The notes below the pieces were generated by a model that searched no databases, was not told the origin of the DNA, and saw only the letters and a list, made by a program, of their open reading frames with translations. The translations under genes and the position numbers were made by a program. From positions 1 to 64,000 of the IMG/VR virus record IMGVR_UViG_3300044750_000003: 64,000 bases of DNA. The stretch is one strand, 5' to 3'. Positions 56,252 to 64,000 of this stretch are shown here, piece after piece. How positions within the stretch are numbered: position 1 is the stretch's first letter; each line of letters begins with the position of its first letter. This DNA comes from a virus.

Positions 56252-56293
56252 AAAAAACTCTCTTGTTACTTGCCTTGCGCTTTCGCAAGAGAG
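56252..56293 (-). terminator. rho-independent terminator
   Basis: On the minus strand, ctctcttg ... caagagag (8 bp stem) with a nested cttgcg-aaag-cgcaag hairpin, followed by TTTTTT. Confidence 0.65.
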
Positions 56294-56348
56294 CACCTAA
56301 ACCTTATCACAATGTAGTTTTGAGAATGGAACTACTTAACCAGTATTG

Positions 56349-57365
56349 TTAATTAAATACTCTTTCTATCACCTCAGCGATATAGTTGTAAGTAATGCTA
56401 AATTCTTCTTTATTTTCTTTTGCTGAAAATTCAGCTGCTTTTAATGCACTTATAAGAGCCATAAAATAGCCAACATCTACACCTATCAACTGATCTTCCA
56501 AAACAGCAATACTTTCTAAATTCAATTTGCTTATCTGAAACATGATTTTAAGATACGTCCCGGCATTTATTGTCCAGTTACGGTTAATAAATTTACGGGT
56601 ACGTATAATAGATGTTACAGGATAAAGAGAACCTATATAAACCAATTCTCTTGCTAAGATAGATTCCATAGCGCGTGGACTTAGAAATAGTTGTTTCTTA
56701 TTAGAAGTCCAGTAGCTTGTACAGTGAACAAAATCAAAGTTCTTATGTATTTCTTCGGCTTCACCGTAGAACCGCATAATTACCTGTATTCTGTTTGATA
56801 GTGATATAGCATTTGGAGATAAGAATAAGGGTCGGTATTTTTCAAGCACAGGCGTTTCAATCGGGGCTTGTACGCCCTCTTTATCATCAAGCACACCACT
56901 AATAATTTCAATTTCCTTGTCGGTTAATAATCCGCTTTCTTCTTCGTTTTTACCCATAATAGAAGTGCAAAATACTCCTACACGACCGCTTTGTGAAAAG
57001 CCACGATCGGCATAGTAATTTTTGTCGCCTAATATTTCATTATTAATATCTAATGGTTTTTCTTTTGTTTCCTCCCAATCTTCATGTGAGATAAGCGCAT
57101 CGACATCCACAACAGATATTTGTAGTTCAGGTGATGTTTTCTTAAACTCTCTTACATAATAGGCTGCGACTGCTAATACCGTTTCCTTATTGGTGAAATA
57201 CAGGTCAAAGTCATTTACATTTTCTTTTAGCAGCATAGAAGTTATACAGCCGCCTGTGATAATGGTATTCTTTTCTACTAATTTCTGAACGTCTTTGTCA
57301 GTTATTGATTTTACGAAATCATCAAACTTTTTACCGAGGATTTTTTTAATTGTTTTTGCTTTCAT
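56349..57365 (-). CDS. Pol-beta superfamily nucleotidyltransferase-fold protein
   Basis: ITGGCITSMLLKENVNDFDLYF fits hG[GS]-x9-13-DhDh, as in CCA-adding/poly(A) polymerase heads. Confidence 0.45.
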   Translation of the reverse strand: MKAKTIKKILGKKFDDFVKSITDKDVQKLVEKNTIITGGCITSMLLKENVNDFDLYFTNKETVLAVAAYYVREFKKTSPELQISVVDVDALISHEDWEETKEKPLDINNEILGDKNYYADRGFSQSGRVGVFCTSIMGKNEEESGLLTDKEIEIISGVLDDKEGVQAPIETPVLEKYRPLFLSPNAISLSNRIQVIMRFYGEAEEIHKNFDFVHCTSYWTSNKKQLFLSPRAMESILARELVYIGSLYPVTSIIRTRKFINRNWTINAGTYLKIMFQISKLNLESIAVLEDQLIGVDVGYFMALISALKAAEFSAKENKEEFSITYNYIAEVIERVFN

Positions 57366-57550
57366 TTTGAGGTTTGGTTTTTAATATATTCTAATGCTTC
57401 TTCTCTATTGGATGCTTCAAATGGCTGAATTACTTGGTCAACAAAATCTGATGAATAGGCTTCTTCTAAATCACGTTTATCAAAATAGCGTTTTGCTTGT
57501 AATGTACCGGATATATGTTTATATCCCCACCATGTTAATTTGTTGCTCAT
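57362..57550 (-). CDS. hypothetical small protein
   Basis: 62 aa, ATGA coupling on both sides. Confidence 0.5.
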   Translation of the reverse strand: MSNKLTWWGYKHISGTLQAKRYFDKRDLEEAYSSDFVDQVIQPFEASNREEALEYIKNQTSK

Positions 57551-58119
57551 TTTATTTGTAAATTTTGGTTTTCAACAATAAATATACCCTCAACTTTGAT
57601 AGCACCGCTTTTAGTATCAGCCTTTAGTCCGGCTTTATCTACGCTCTCTACTATCTTTGATTTAAGGTACTTCTTAGGGATTTTAGCATCATCATCAATA
57701 TGTAATTGTTCTGACTTTAAAAAAGATAAAGTAAGATTATTTTGTTGCACTTTGGTGATATTAAAGCATAACATAGCCTCTGAAATACGTTTTTTTAACT
57801 CTGTCTGTATTTTAGACTTACGTATCATTATTTTGCTCAAACGGGCTTGTTCGGCTGCAATTTGTTCTATCTCGAAGTCAAACTGACGAATACAATAACC
57901 GTAGCTGACGGCCTTTTCCTCTAATTGTTCCTGAGTAATTGCAAGCCTGTTTTCAGTGTCATCAGTTAGTTCGCCCTCATTGTTTTCTATCTCATCCATA
58001 AGGCGCAAATAATCTCCTTGAATGTTATATATAGATTTTTTAGCTACCCCTGTTTGTGTCCCGGTGGTTTCGCTTTGCTCTTGTTCCCTTAGAGACATAA
58101 ATGCGTCTTTTGTTTTCAT
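57547..58119 (-). CDS. Siphovirus Gp157-like protein
   Basis: 190 aa. Coiled-coil core with a C-terminal ...IDDDAKIPKKYL... segment typical of Gp157 family members, from memory. Confidence 0.4.
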   Translation of the reverse strand: MKTKDAFMSLREQEQSETTGTQTGVAKKSIYNIQGDYLRLMDEIENNEGELTDDTENRLAITQEQLEEKAVSYGYCIRQFDFEIEQIAAEQARLSKIMIRKSKIQTELKKRISEAMLCFNITKVQQNNLTLSFLKSEQLHIDDDAKIPKKYLKSKIVESVDKAGLKADTKSGAIKVEGIFIVENQNLQIK

Positions 58120-58121
58120 GG

Positions 58122-58448
58122 TTATGAAAGTTCTAAATTGAGTTTTTGTAGTTCCTGAATAAATGGCTCATCATCATAGCCGATTATTAAATAATCTTGC
58201 GCAGCGCCACAAATATTGGTAACTTCAACTTGTGAGTAATCGGTTAAATTGATTGTGTGAATAGTACCCGGTTGTTTAAGGCATATATTCCCATATCTGT
58301 AAGAAACAAAATGGGTTTGATCACGTAGTTTAACGATATCGCCATAACAAATATCCTTGCCATTGCAATCAGTTTTACCTGTGGGATGTTTCCTAAATTC
58401 AGGCAGGAAATCAATAATGCTAATTCTTATTTTTTGCTTATCCATCAC
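58122..58448 (-). CDS. YopX-like protein
   Basis: DCNGKDICYGDIVKL resembles the YopX core motif. Confidence 0.4.
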   Translation of the reverse strand: MMDKQKIRISIIDFLPEFRKHPTGKTDCNGKDICYGDIVKLRDQTHFVSYRYGNICLKQPGTIHTINLTDYSQVEVTNICGAAQDYLIIGYDDEPFIQELQKLNLELS

Positions 58449-58459
58449 TTTAAGTTTTA

Positions 58460-58495
58460 AAATAACCCCCGGCTATTACATTACTTCACCGGGGG
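58460..58495 (-). terminator. terminator-like GC hairpin
   Basis: cccccgg / ccggggg 7 bp stem. On the minus strand it is followed by TTATTTT. Confidence 0.45.
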
Positions 58496-58520
58496 GATTT
58501 ATTGGGTTAATTAGTTAATT

Positions 58521-59153
58521 TTAGAAGGGCAAATCTGAAGAATCATCCTCGTCTGCAATAGGTTGACCCTGTTCATTTATAAAAGCAGTTTCAGGATTTT
58601 TCAATTGTTGATATTCCAAAGATGTTTTTATTTGGTCGGTAATAAACTCCGGCAGGCTATCAAAAAGTTCCTGATTCCAGTCGTCAAATTGTAAAATCCT
58701 TTTAGGATTAAAAATCTTTGGTACGGGCATACTTTTTGGCAACTTAGTAATACCTGAAATCTTTTCATAGGTTTTACCGCTGTCTGCTTCATGATGAATG
58801 ATGTTTAACAGGCAGGCAGCACCAACTAATTTGGTAATATCAAAATCTTCAGCTTCTTTATCTGTCCAGGTACCACCGCGCCAGCTTTCCAAATCCTTCC
58901 TTAAATTAGACCTGTCTGTCATGTACAGGGTGTAATCTTTTTCAATTACTAAAGGTTTGGCTATATCGCCCTCTTTAAATACTTTTAGCTCTTCGCTAAG
59001 TTCCCATCCCAAACGTACTTTAGGTACTTTTTTAGTAACACCTTTGTACGTATTGTCAACGGTTCCAATCTGTATCATAGAATAACAGATTGCTACATAA
59101 TTGCCAGCCGGAATTAATTCCCTTTGCTGACCTACTGCTCCTTTAATTGCCAT
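58521..59153 (-). CDS. single-stranded DNA-binding protein (DUF669-like) with an SSB-type acidic tip
   Basis: The C-terminus DEDDSSDLPF matches the canonical SSB D-(I/L)-P-F tail. The N-terminal PAGNYVAI... resembles DUF669. Confidence 0.55.
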   Translation of the reverse strand: MAIKGAVGQQRELIPAGNYVAICYSMIQIGTVDNTYKGVTKKVPKVRLGWELSEELKVFKEGDIAKPLVIEKDYTLYMTDRSNLRKDLESWRGGTWTDKEAEDFDITKLVGAACLLNIIHHEADSGKTYEKISGITKLPKSMPVPKIFNPKRILQFDDWNQELFDSLPEFITDQIKTSLEYQQLKNPETAFINEQGQPIADEDDSSDLPF

Positions 59154-59191
59154 AGTTGCTAATTTTTAATTTGTTAATTGTTTATATTTAT

Positions 59192-59491
59192 TTAGTTAAT
59201 TCTAAAAAACGTTTTAATCGGCCTGTCCTTTTTATCCAAAGCAAAATACTGTTTTACAAATGACACTGGTATTTCAGGCACATTATAATATGCCCTGCAC
59301 GTTGATGCTTCCAATCGCTTACATCTAACACCCACCACAGGTTTAAATGCTTTCTGAACGCGGATAAAGGGCTGTAGTGCGTTGTTTAAATACATATCCC
59401 CTTTATCAATTGGCCTGTCAGAGCAAAAAAACAAATCTTCCTCGCTTTCAGGTGTCTGTTTAAAGCTTACTATAGTTATTTCGAGGTTCAT
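59192..59491 (-). CDS. hypothetical protein
   Basis: 99 aa, ATGA coupling upstream. Confidence 0.5.
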   Translation of the reverse strand: MNLEITIVSFKQTPESEEDLFFCSDRPIDKGDMYLNNALQPFIRVQKAFKPVVGVRCKRLEASTCRAYYNVPEIPVSFVKQYFALDKKDRPIKTFFRIN

Positions 59492-60270
59492 GATAATTCA
59501 CTTAGAATCTCCCTAATAATCTCACCGCTATATTCTGTCTTGGTCATATTTAAAAATTCTAACGTCGTCATCTTGCCGTCTAAATCTATTCCGTGACTTT
59601 TAACAAACATCAAACGTCCACTTTCGCAACTTCCAGTTAAAAAATGATGCCAGTCAAAAAATAGCTTATTACTATACTTTTCGACTTTTTTAAACAGTTT
59701 GATAAATTCGGCTTTACGTTCGCCAAAGGATAGAGAAGCGAAGAACTTATCATTTACGGATTTAAGTGCCTCTTCTTTGGTTTCCCCATGCGCAAACAGG
59801 TTATTCGACTTGGCGATGTACATCTTTTTTCTACTCATATCATAGTTAATAATCTCAACTTTAGCCACGTTATTAACTATTGATAAGAATACACAGGGTA
59901 TATTATCAATATAATAGACAGGTTTTTTGTTAAATGTTTTAAAGGATGCTATTTTTTTATCTAAAAAGCCCTTGTTGTAGTCGATGGGTGTTTCTACTTT
60001 AGCCGCTTTGGATTGGATTGAGCCAGAGCCATAGCCATAGCCAGAGCCAGAGCCATCGCCATAGCCATAGCCAGAGCCAGAGCCATCGCCATAGCCATAG
60101 CCATCGCCATCGCCAGAGCCAGAGCCATCGCCATAGCCATAGCCAGAGCCAGAGCCAGAGCCATAGCCATCGCCATCGCCAGAGCCAGAGCCATCGCCAT
60201 AGCCATAGCCATCGCCATCGCCAGAGCTTTTCGGCTCAACCCGCATAAACTCTTTAATTACATTTTCCAT
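59488..60270 (-). CDS. protein with an N-terminal (Gly-X)34 repeat and a globular C-terminal domain
   Basis: Residues 17-84 alternate strictly G-X, with X = D, Y or S. About 175 aa of ordinary sequence follow. Confidence 0.6.
   Translation of the reverse strand: MENVIKEFMRVEPKSSGDGDGYGYGDGSGSGDGDGYGSGSGSGYGYGDGSGSGDGDGYGYGDGSGSGYGYGDGSGSGYGYGSGSIQSKAAKVETPIDYNKGFLDKKIASFKTFNKKPVYYIDNIPCVFLSIVNNVAKVEIINYDMSRKKMYIAKSNNLFAHGETKEEALKSVNDKFFASLSFGERKAEFIKLFKKVEKYSNKLFFDWHHFLTGSCESGRLMFVKSHGIDLDGKMTTLEFLNMTKTEYSGEIIREILSELS
60019..60222 (-). repeat. tandem coding repeat encoding (GD/GY/GS)n
   Basis: Plus-strand reiteration of gccatagcc / gccagagcc / gccatcgcc units. It is open in several frames, which explains the two extra track ORFs here. 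Confidence 0.85.
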
Positions 60271-60557
60271 TCTTTTACCGCTTTAATATTTTCAACTGCT
60301 TCTTTAGTGCAAGGTAGTGCTTCAATTACCTGTGGTAGATAAACACCCTCTTCATCGGTTATAGTAACTGTAAACTTACATCCATTTGGGTTTTTTGTCC
60401 CTTCGGTTGCTAATTGGCTTAAAGAGGCTGCGCCTGCCCAATACCATAGCCGTCTGGCGTTTAATACAATGGCAATCGCGCCATCTAATTTTTGAATGTT
60501 ACCGAACCATACGCCTGCGGAATAGGTACGAATAATGTAGAATTTTTCCTTTTTCAT
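60258..60557 (-). CDS. hypothetical protein
   Basis: 99 aa; overlaps the downstream gene by 13 nt. Confidence 0.55.
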   Translation of the reverse strand: MKKEKFYIIRTYSAGVWFGNIQKLDGAIAIVLNARRLWYWAGAASLSQLATEGTKNPNGCKFTVTITDEEGVYLPQVIEALPCTKEAVENIKAVKEWKM

Positions 60558-60748
60558 TTTAATTGATTTTTGATTATTTATGTTTATCGTACGAATTTCA
60601 CGTAAGAGTTCTTTAATTGATTAACTTTTATAAAGTTATGAGCTAAACTTGGTGTATGTGTTGTAAATACTTCCATTTGTTTTGTATTACTGCTACATAT
60701 TTCCAGTTAGGCCATTGCTTTTTGGGGTGGTAGCTGTCGAAAACTTGT

Positions 60749-61168
60749 TTACTTAGATTGTCCATGTTCTAATTTATTTAAGGCTAACCCTTGTTCAATA
60801 AGGCCGAATACATCGTAATGTTCTGCTACAAGGGCGTGCCATGTTTTTATATCAATGGAATTATTTTTTACATGGTTTATTACATTTACAGCATACGCCC
60901 AATCGAATTGCCTTACAAAAGCGTCTGTTAATTCCCACATTGGAATAAGCAGCGGCTTAAATTCACTTAACGGCCTGTTTATTTCGTGCTTATACCTTGT
61001 TTTTAAAGAGTGACCAAAGCTTATATTGCCATCCCTGGATACACAAATATTGGTAACTTTATATATTCTGTTTTTACCATTGACCCATAAGCCCGTAAGC
61101 CCATAAATAGAATATGGAACAAGATATTTTAATTCCAGTTTCATAACTGTTTGGTCTAATTGGTTCAT
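60749..61168 (-). CDS. hypothetical protein
   Basis: 139 aa ORF. Confidence 0.55.
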   Translation of the reverse strand: MNQLDQTVMKLELKYLVPYSIYGLTGLWVNGKNRIYKVTNICVSRDGNISFGHSLKTRYKHEINRPLSEFKPLLIPMWELTDAFVRQFDWAYAVNVINHVKNNSIDIKTWHALVAEHYDVFGLIEQGLALNKLEHGQSK

Positions 61169-61172
61169 GGCT

Positions 61173-61670
61173 TTAGGAAAGTAAGGTATTTAAATCTATT
61201 CCCTCATTAATCAAAAAATCATCGTTGTGCATATTAAACCGAAGTCTAAAAAACTTTTCCTCACCTTCATCGTAATGGATTATAAAATTATTTTCAATAC
61301 AACGTATAATGTAAATAGCTTGATTGTAATGTTCAATAGCCCGTGTGAGCGTTTCTTTTAAATAAGAAGATGTATTTACATATATTTTACCTTCTAATTG
61401 CATCAATCCAGCCATTACCATAAAATCACAAACTTGGCTGTAAGAACCGAAATGGTTGTCAGTAAACATAGACCATGTAACAATTACATTTGATGGGTCA
61501 AATAATTTATCCTCAAACTGGTTTTGAACCTTATGAAACTCATGTATAAGTTTAACACTATCTCTGCGAATATTGCACAGCCCGTTATATTTTATCATAC
61601 TACATGCAGTAGCAAGGTTGTCTTTGGCCTTTTCTTCAAGGTCGTTATCTATAAAGATTATTGTTTTCAT
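61173..61670 (-). CDS. hypothetical protein
   Basis: 165 aa ORF, ATGA coupling upstream. Confidence 0.55.
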   Translation of the reverse strand: MKTIIFIDNDLEEKAKDNLATACSMIKYNGLCNIRRDSVKLIHEFHKVQNQFEDKLFDPSNVIVTWSMFTDNHFGSYSQVCDFMVMAGLMQLEGKIYVNTSSYLKETLTRAIEHYNQAIYIIRCIENNFIIHYDEGEEKFFRLRFNMHNDDFLINEGIDLNTLLS

Positions 61671-61879
61671 AACTGCTCATTATGAGGTTCAAGACAGTAA
61701 CAACAAAACAGGTTACTTCCCTCACGTTCTAAGGGCATAGCACAACAAACAGATAAATGATTGTTATGGGTGATGTTAAAGGCATCCTCTGAGCGTAAGC
61801 CTGCGCCAACTAAAGTAGCGTGATTAAGTGCCCTACCTAACTCGTCGTTGAGTAGCTTATTGGTGGTTAAAGTTTTCAT
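61667..61879 (-). CDS. hypothetical Cys-rich small protein
   Basis: 70 aa with a CC...CCYC cluster. Confidence 0.5.
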   Translation of the reverse strand: MKTLTTNKLLNDELGRALNHATLVGAGLRSEDAFNITHNNHLSVCCAMPLEREGSNLFCCYCLEPHNEQL

Positions 61880-61899
61880 TTTAATGGTGGTTTTTAAGG

Positions 61900-62088
61900 T
61901 TATTTTCTAATGATTAATATTTTACCCCCTTTTTGTTCTTCAAATGAATATTCTAAATTGGGGTCAACTTTTTTAACATAAAGTTTTATTTGATTCTTTA
62001 AAGAGTAAATATTAATTGGCTTAACCATTATGGTATCTCCTGATTGTTTCAATTCTTCAAAAAAGTATTTTTTGTTTCCGTGTGCCAT
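61900..62088 (-). CDS. hypothetical small protein
   Basis: 62 aa ORF. Confidence 0.45.
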   Translation of the reverse strand: MAHGNKKYFFEELKQSGDTIMVKPINIYSLKNQIKLYVKKVDPNLEYSFEEQKGGKILIIRK

Positions 62089-62090
62089 AG

Positions 62091-62282
62091 TTAATTAGTG
62101 TATTTTATGTGACTTCTATAATTATCGACAAGCCATTGATGAAAAGATACATTTCTTTTTATACAAAGATATTGCTCTATGGCAACACCGGATTCGCCTA
62201 TAAAAACCTTACCCCCATTTTCAAAAGCTTGCACGTCATTTGTCTCTTTACAAAGTTCTGCGTAATCATCAAAATATTCCAT
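62091..62282 (-). CDS. hypothetical small protein
   Basis: 63 aa ORF. First gene downstream of the ORF-free gap. Confidence 0.5.
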   Translation of the reverse strand: MEYFDDYAELCKETNDVQAFENGGKVFIGESGVAIEQYLCIKRNVSFHQWLVDNYRSHIKYTN

Positions 62283-62591
62283 ATCATTAAATTTAAAACA
62301 GCAAGTGGGCTAATCATACAAGTCATGTTGTGTTAAGTCCGGGCGATAGGCTACCATTGATCCTTTTACGGCTCTCTCAGTTCTCGTTTACGATGTTATC
62401 GCTTCCTACCAGTAAGGCCGAGTTGTTCCTATTCATGACATTGCATAGTCCCTGCGTTTTCTTTTCGTACTGTACTAACAGGCAAAGTTCGCATAATGCG
62501 CATTGCTCTACTCCTACTTTGAAACTCTCCACGCTATGGTGTCCGTCTTATTTTCCCCATGAAGTTAATATCACTTGCACTTGCTGCAAGA
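62283..62591 (-). ncRNA. candidate structured non-coding transcript or long 5' leader (alternatively part of a replication origin)
   Basis: About 310 nt with no plausible ORF on the gene strand, in an otherwise gap-free block. It lies downstream of a consensus promoter. Long-range complementarities: 62578-62586 with 62299-62307, and 62434-62452 with 62307-62327. Confidence 0.35.
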
Positions 62592-62625
62592 CAAATGTAA
62601 TAATTATATTTTAATTAAATGCAAA
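62592..62625 (-). promoter_or_regulatory. Bacteroidota-type promoter on the minus strand
   Basis: On the minus strand, TTTG (62625-62622), a 22 nt AT-rich spacer, then TACATTTG (62599-62592). Confidence 0.45.
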
Positions 62626-62636
62626 TTAAATTAATT

Positions 62637-62804
62637 TTATTTCACCACAGTATTAACCACCACAGTATTAACCACTACAGTATGTTTAAGTATTTCAGGG
62701 GTGTTGTCTATTTGTTCCAGCTTTTGAATAAGGGTAAATAAGTCTTTAGCCTCAAATTTTATTGTGGTGTTTAAAAAGTCGTAGGTGATTATGTAGTTTG
62801 GCAT
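62637..62804 (-). CDS. hypothetical small protein with a repeat-encoded C-terminus
   Basis: The internal ATG at 62804 (MPNYIITYDF...) avoids the 46 nt overlap implied by the track start at 62852. Confidence 0.4.
   Translation of the reverse strand: MPNYIITYDFLNTTIKFEAKDLFTLIQKLEQIDNTPEILKHTVVVNTVVVNTVVK
62643..62687. repeat. three tandem 15 bp repeats (two perfect, one degenerate), iteron-like
   Basis: caccacagtattaac x2, then cactacagtatgttt. They abut a 49 nt almost pure A/T tract (62592-62640). They also encode the VVNTV repeat at the C-terminus of the overlapping ORF. Confidence 0.7.
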
Positions 62805-62806
62805 GG

Positions 62807-63142
62807 CTAAATAGTTTTTATATGTTGCTGCAATATTTGAAATAAAGGCCATGTATGTTCCACAAAGTTTTTTACTACTATTTTTTTAACATCCATATAG
62901 CCCAAATTGTATTGCATTTTACCTTTCCAATACCCTTCATCAAGATCGCATAAAAACGCCTTGAATGCGGTTAATGATTTTTCAACACCATATGAGCGCC
63001 ATGCAAAATTGCTTTGCCCCCAATCACCATTTATAAATAAATCGCCATTTTCTGATATTGCAAAAATTGCAAAGGAATGTTCAGGGTGTGAAATGTAATA
63101 ACTTTCACTTGCTTGTTGATTAATTATAGGTTCGCTTTTCAT
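62807..63142 (-). CDS. hypothetical protein
   Basis: 111 aa ORF. Confidence 0.55.
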   Translation of the reverse strand: MKSEPIINQQASESYYISHPEHSFAIFAISENGDLFINGDWGQSNFAWRSYGVEKSLTAFKAFLCDLDEGYWKGKMQYNLGYMDVKKIVVKNFVEHTWPLFQILQQHIKTI

Positions 63143-63166
63143 AATTATTTCTCAGTTAAACAGTAA

Positions 63167-63589
63167 TTAATCAGTATTGAAGGTGTATGTTATTTCATGA
63201 TCTTTTGCTGGCTTAAAAACAACGTCTGTAAGCGTCTTTTTATCCTTGGCATACATAAAGTATCCTTTGAGTGTTTTAAAGCCGTTAGGAGTCATTAAAA
63301 TAGCTGTAAAGAACTGTATACCGGCTTTAGGTCCGTCATCATAACAAAAATCAGATATTTCGGAACGGTTTACGATGCTGTAAACTTGTCTGTAGTTGAC
63401 TGAACTATCAATCAAAATTAGTTTTTTAGTAACTTTGATTGTACCGTTTCGCCATTTGGTAACGGCTGTGCTTTGATCTGTTTTTGGTTGCCATATATCT
63501 ATAACTATTCTATTATACGCGCCGGTTCTAGTTTGACCTAGTGCCCCGAATACTATAAACAGGGCAGGCAGTAAAATTAGTTTTTTCAT
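63167..63589 (-). CDS. secreted protein
   Basis: Signal peptide MKKLILLPALFIVFGALGQ. Confidence 0.55.
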   Translation of the reverse strand: MKKLILLPALFIVFGALGQTRTGAYNRIVIDIWQPKTDQSTAVTKWRNGTIKVTKKLILIDSSVNYRQVYSIVNRSEISDFCYDDGPKAGIQFFTAILMTPNGFKTLKGYFMYAKDKKTLTDVVFKPAKDHEITYTFNTD

Positions 63590-63592
63590 GTC

Positions 63593-63859
63593 TTAGTTTT
63601 CGTTGACTTTTATGTAAGCTTTGTAAACGTTACCTGATTTGCTTGTACGCATGTAATAAAGCTTATGGTTGACGCTTTCGTACACGGGGTATACTTTACC
63701 CTTACTATCTGTGAAAGTCTTGCCAGTGGGCTTATTTGAGGCTGTATCGGCTTTGTGCGATGCTATATAGTTCCCAGTAGCATCTTTAACCGCTTTAGTT
63801 TGTGCTCCTGCTGCTAAAACTACAAACAGGGAGGCAATAGTAATTAATGTCTTTTTCAT
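63593..63859 (-). CDS. small secreted protein
   Basis: Signal peptide MKKTLITIASLFVVLAAGAQ. Confidence 0.55.
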   Translation of the reverse strand: MKKTLITIASLFVVLAAGAQTKAVKDATGNYIASHKADTASNKPTGKTFTDSKGKVYPVYESVNHKLYYMRTSKSGNVYKAYIKVNEN

Positions 63860-63889
63860 TTTAAGTTGGTGGTTGGTTATTTAATTGAT

Positions 63890-64000
63890 TTATAAATCTC
63901 TGTGGGTTCTTAAATATTCTATTAATTCATCGGGAAGTTGCCCTAACTTGTGCATATTAAAATCAAACTCTGTTGGCGGTGTACATTCAAGCCAATAAGG
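63890..64000 (-). CDS. C-terminal end of an ORF that starts beyond the window edge
   Basis: The minus-strand frame is open from 64000 to TAA at 63892-63890 (...MHKLGQLPDELIEYLRTHRDL). Confidence 0.4.
   Translation of the reverse strand, partial: PYWLECTPPTEFDFNMHKLGQLPDELIEYLRTHRDL

Noticed and set aside
59994-60248. Two extra ORFs over the repeat: an MA(MA)n translation on the minus strand and an SQSHSH-type translation on the plus strand.
   Set aside because: They are alternative frames of the same short tandem DNA repeat. Only the frame continuous with the 260 aa protein has flanking non-repeat coding sequence. The repeats have no spacers, so this is not a CRISPR array.
62330-62614. 94 aa plus-strand ORF in the ORF-free gap.
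   Set aside because: It is on the opposite strand to every neighbouring gene, has an S/L/C/T-rich implausible composition, and has no promoter or coupling context. I treat the region as non-coding.

Overview
The window reads almost entirely as a tailed dsDNA phage or prophage genome from a Bacteroidota-type host. Supporting signs: roughly 40% GC by eye, very tight gene packing with pervasive ATGA/TAATG start-stop overlaps, no Shine-Dalgarno signals, TTTG-N20-TAnnTTTG promoter boxes, and many MKK...A-Q signal peptides.
Layout:
- 368-12495 (+): P-loop helicase (368-1399), a translationally coupled glycosyltransferase/methyltransferase operon (2367-5441), then a GT-B, terminase and portal (5731-12495).
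- 12492-15859 (-): reverse-strand island with a GT-B glycosyltransferase, a small membrane protein, a small S/T-rich protein, a GroES-like co-chaperonin, a catalytically intact TnpB and an XRE HTH gene.
- 15956-19750 (+): scaffold, major capsid and one further protein.
- 19810-21601 (-): second reverse-strand island, two unknown proteins.
- 21701-42837 (+): long virion module with 1359 aa and 1548 aa proteins and three fibre-like proteins.
- 43156-47873: membrane/lysis genes, a beta-helix depolymerase candidate, two HNH-type genes, three tiny membrane ORFs missing from the ORF track, and an M15 endolysin.
- 47951-64000 (-): about 16 kb early/DNA-metabolism block with a DUF1064-like nuclease, a NinG-like protein, a possible GHKL ATPase, an NTase-fold protein, Gp157-like and YopX-like proteins, and an SSB with a DLPF tail.
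I saw no rRNA, tRNA or CRISPR array. Every functional call rests on motifs recognised by eye, gene order and size. No database search or folding program was run, so most products stay tentative.
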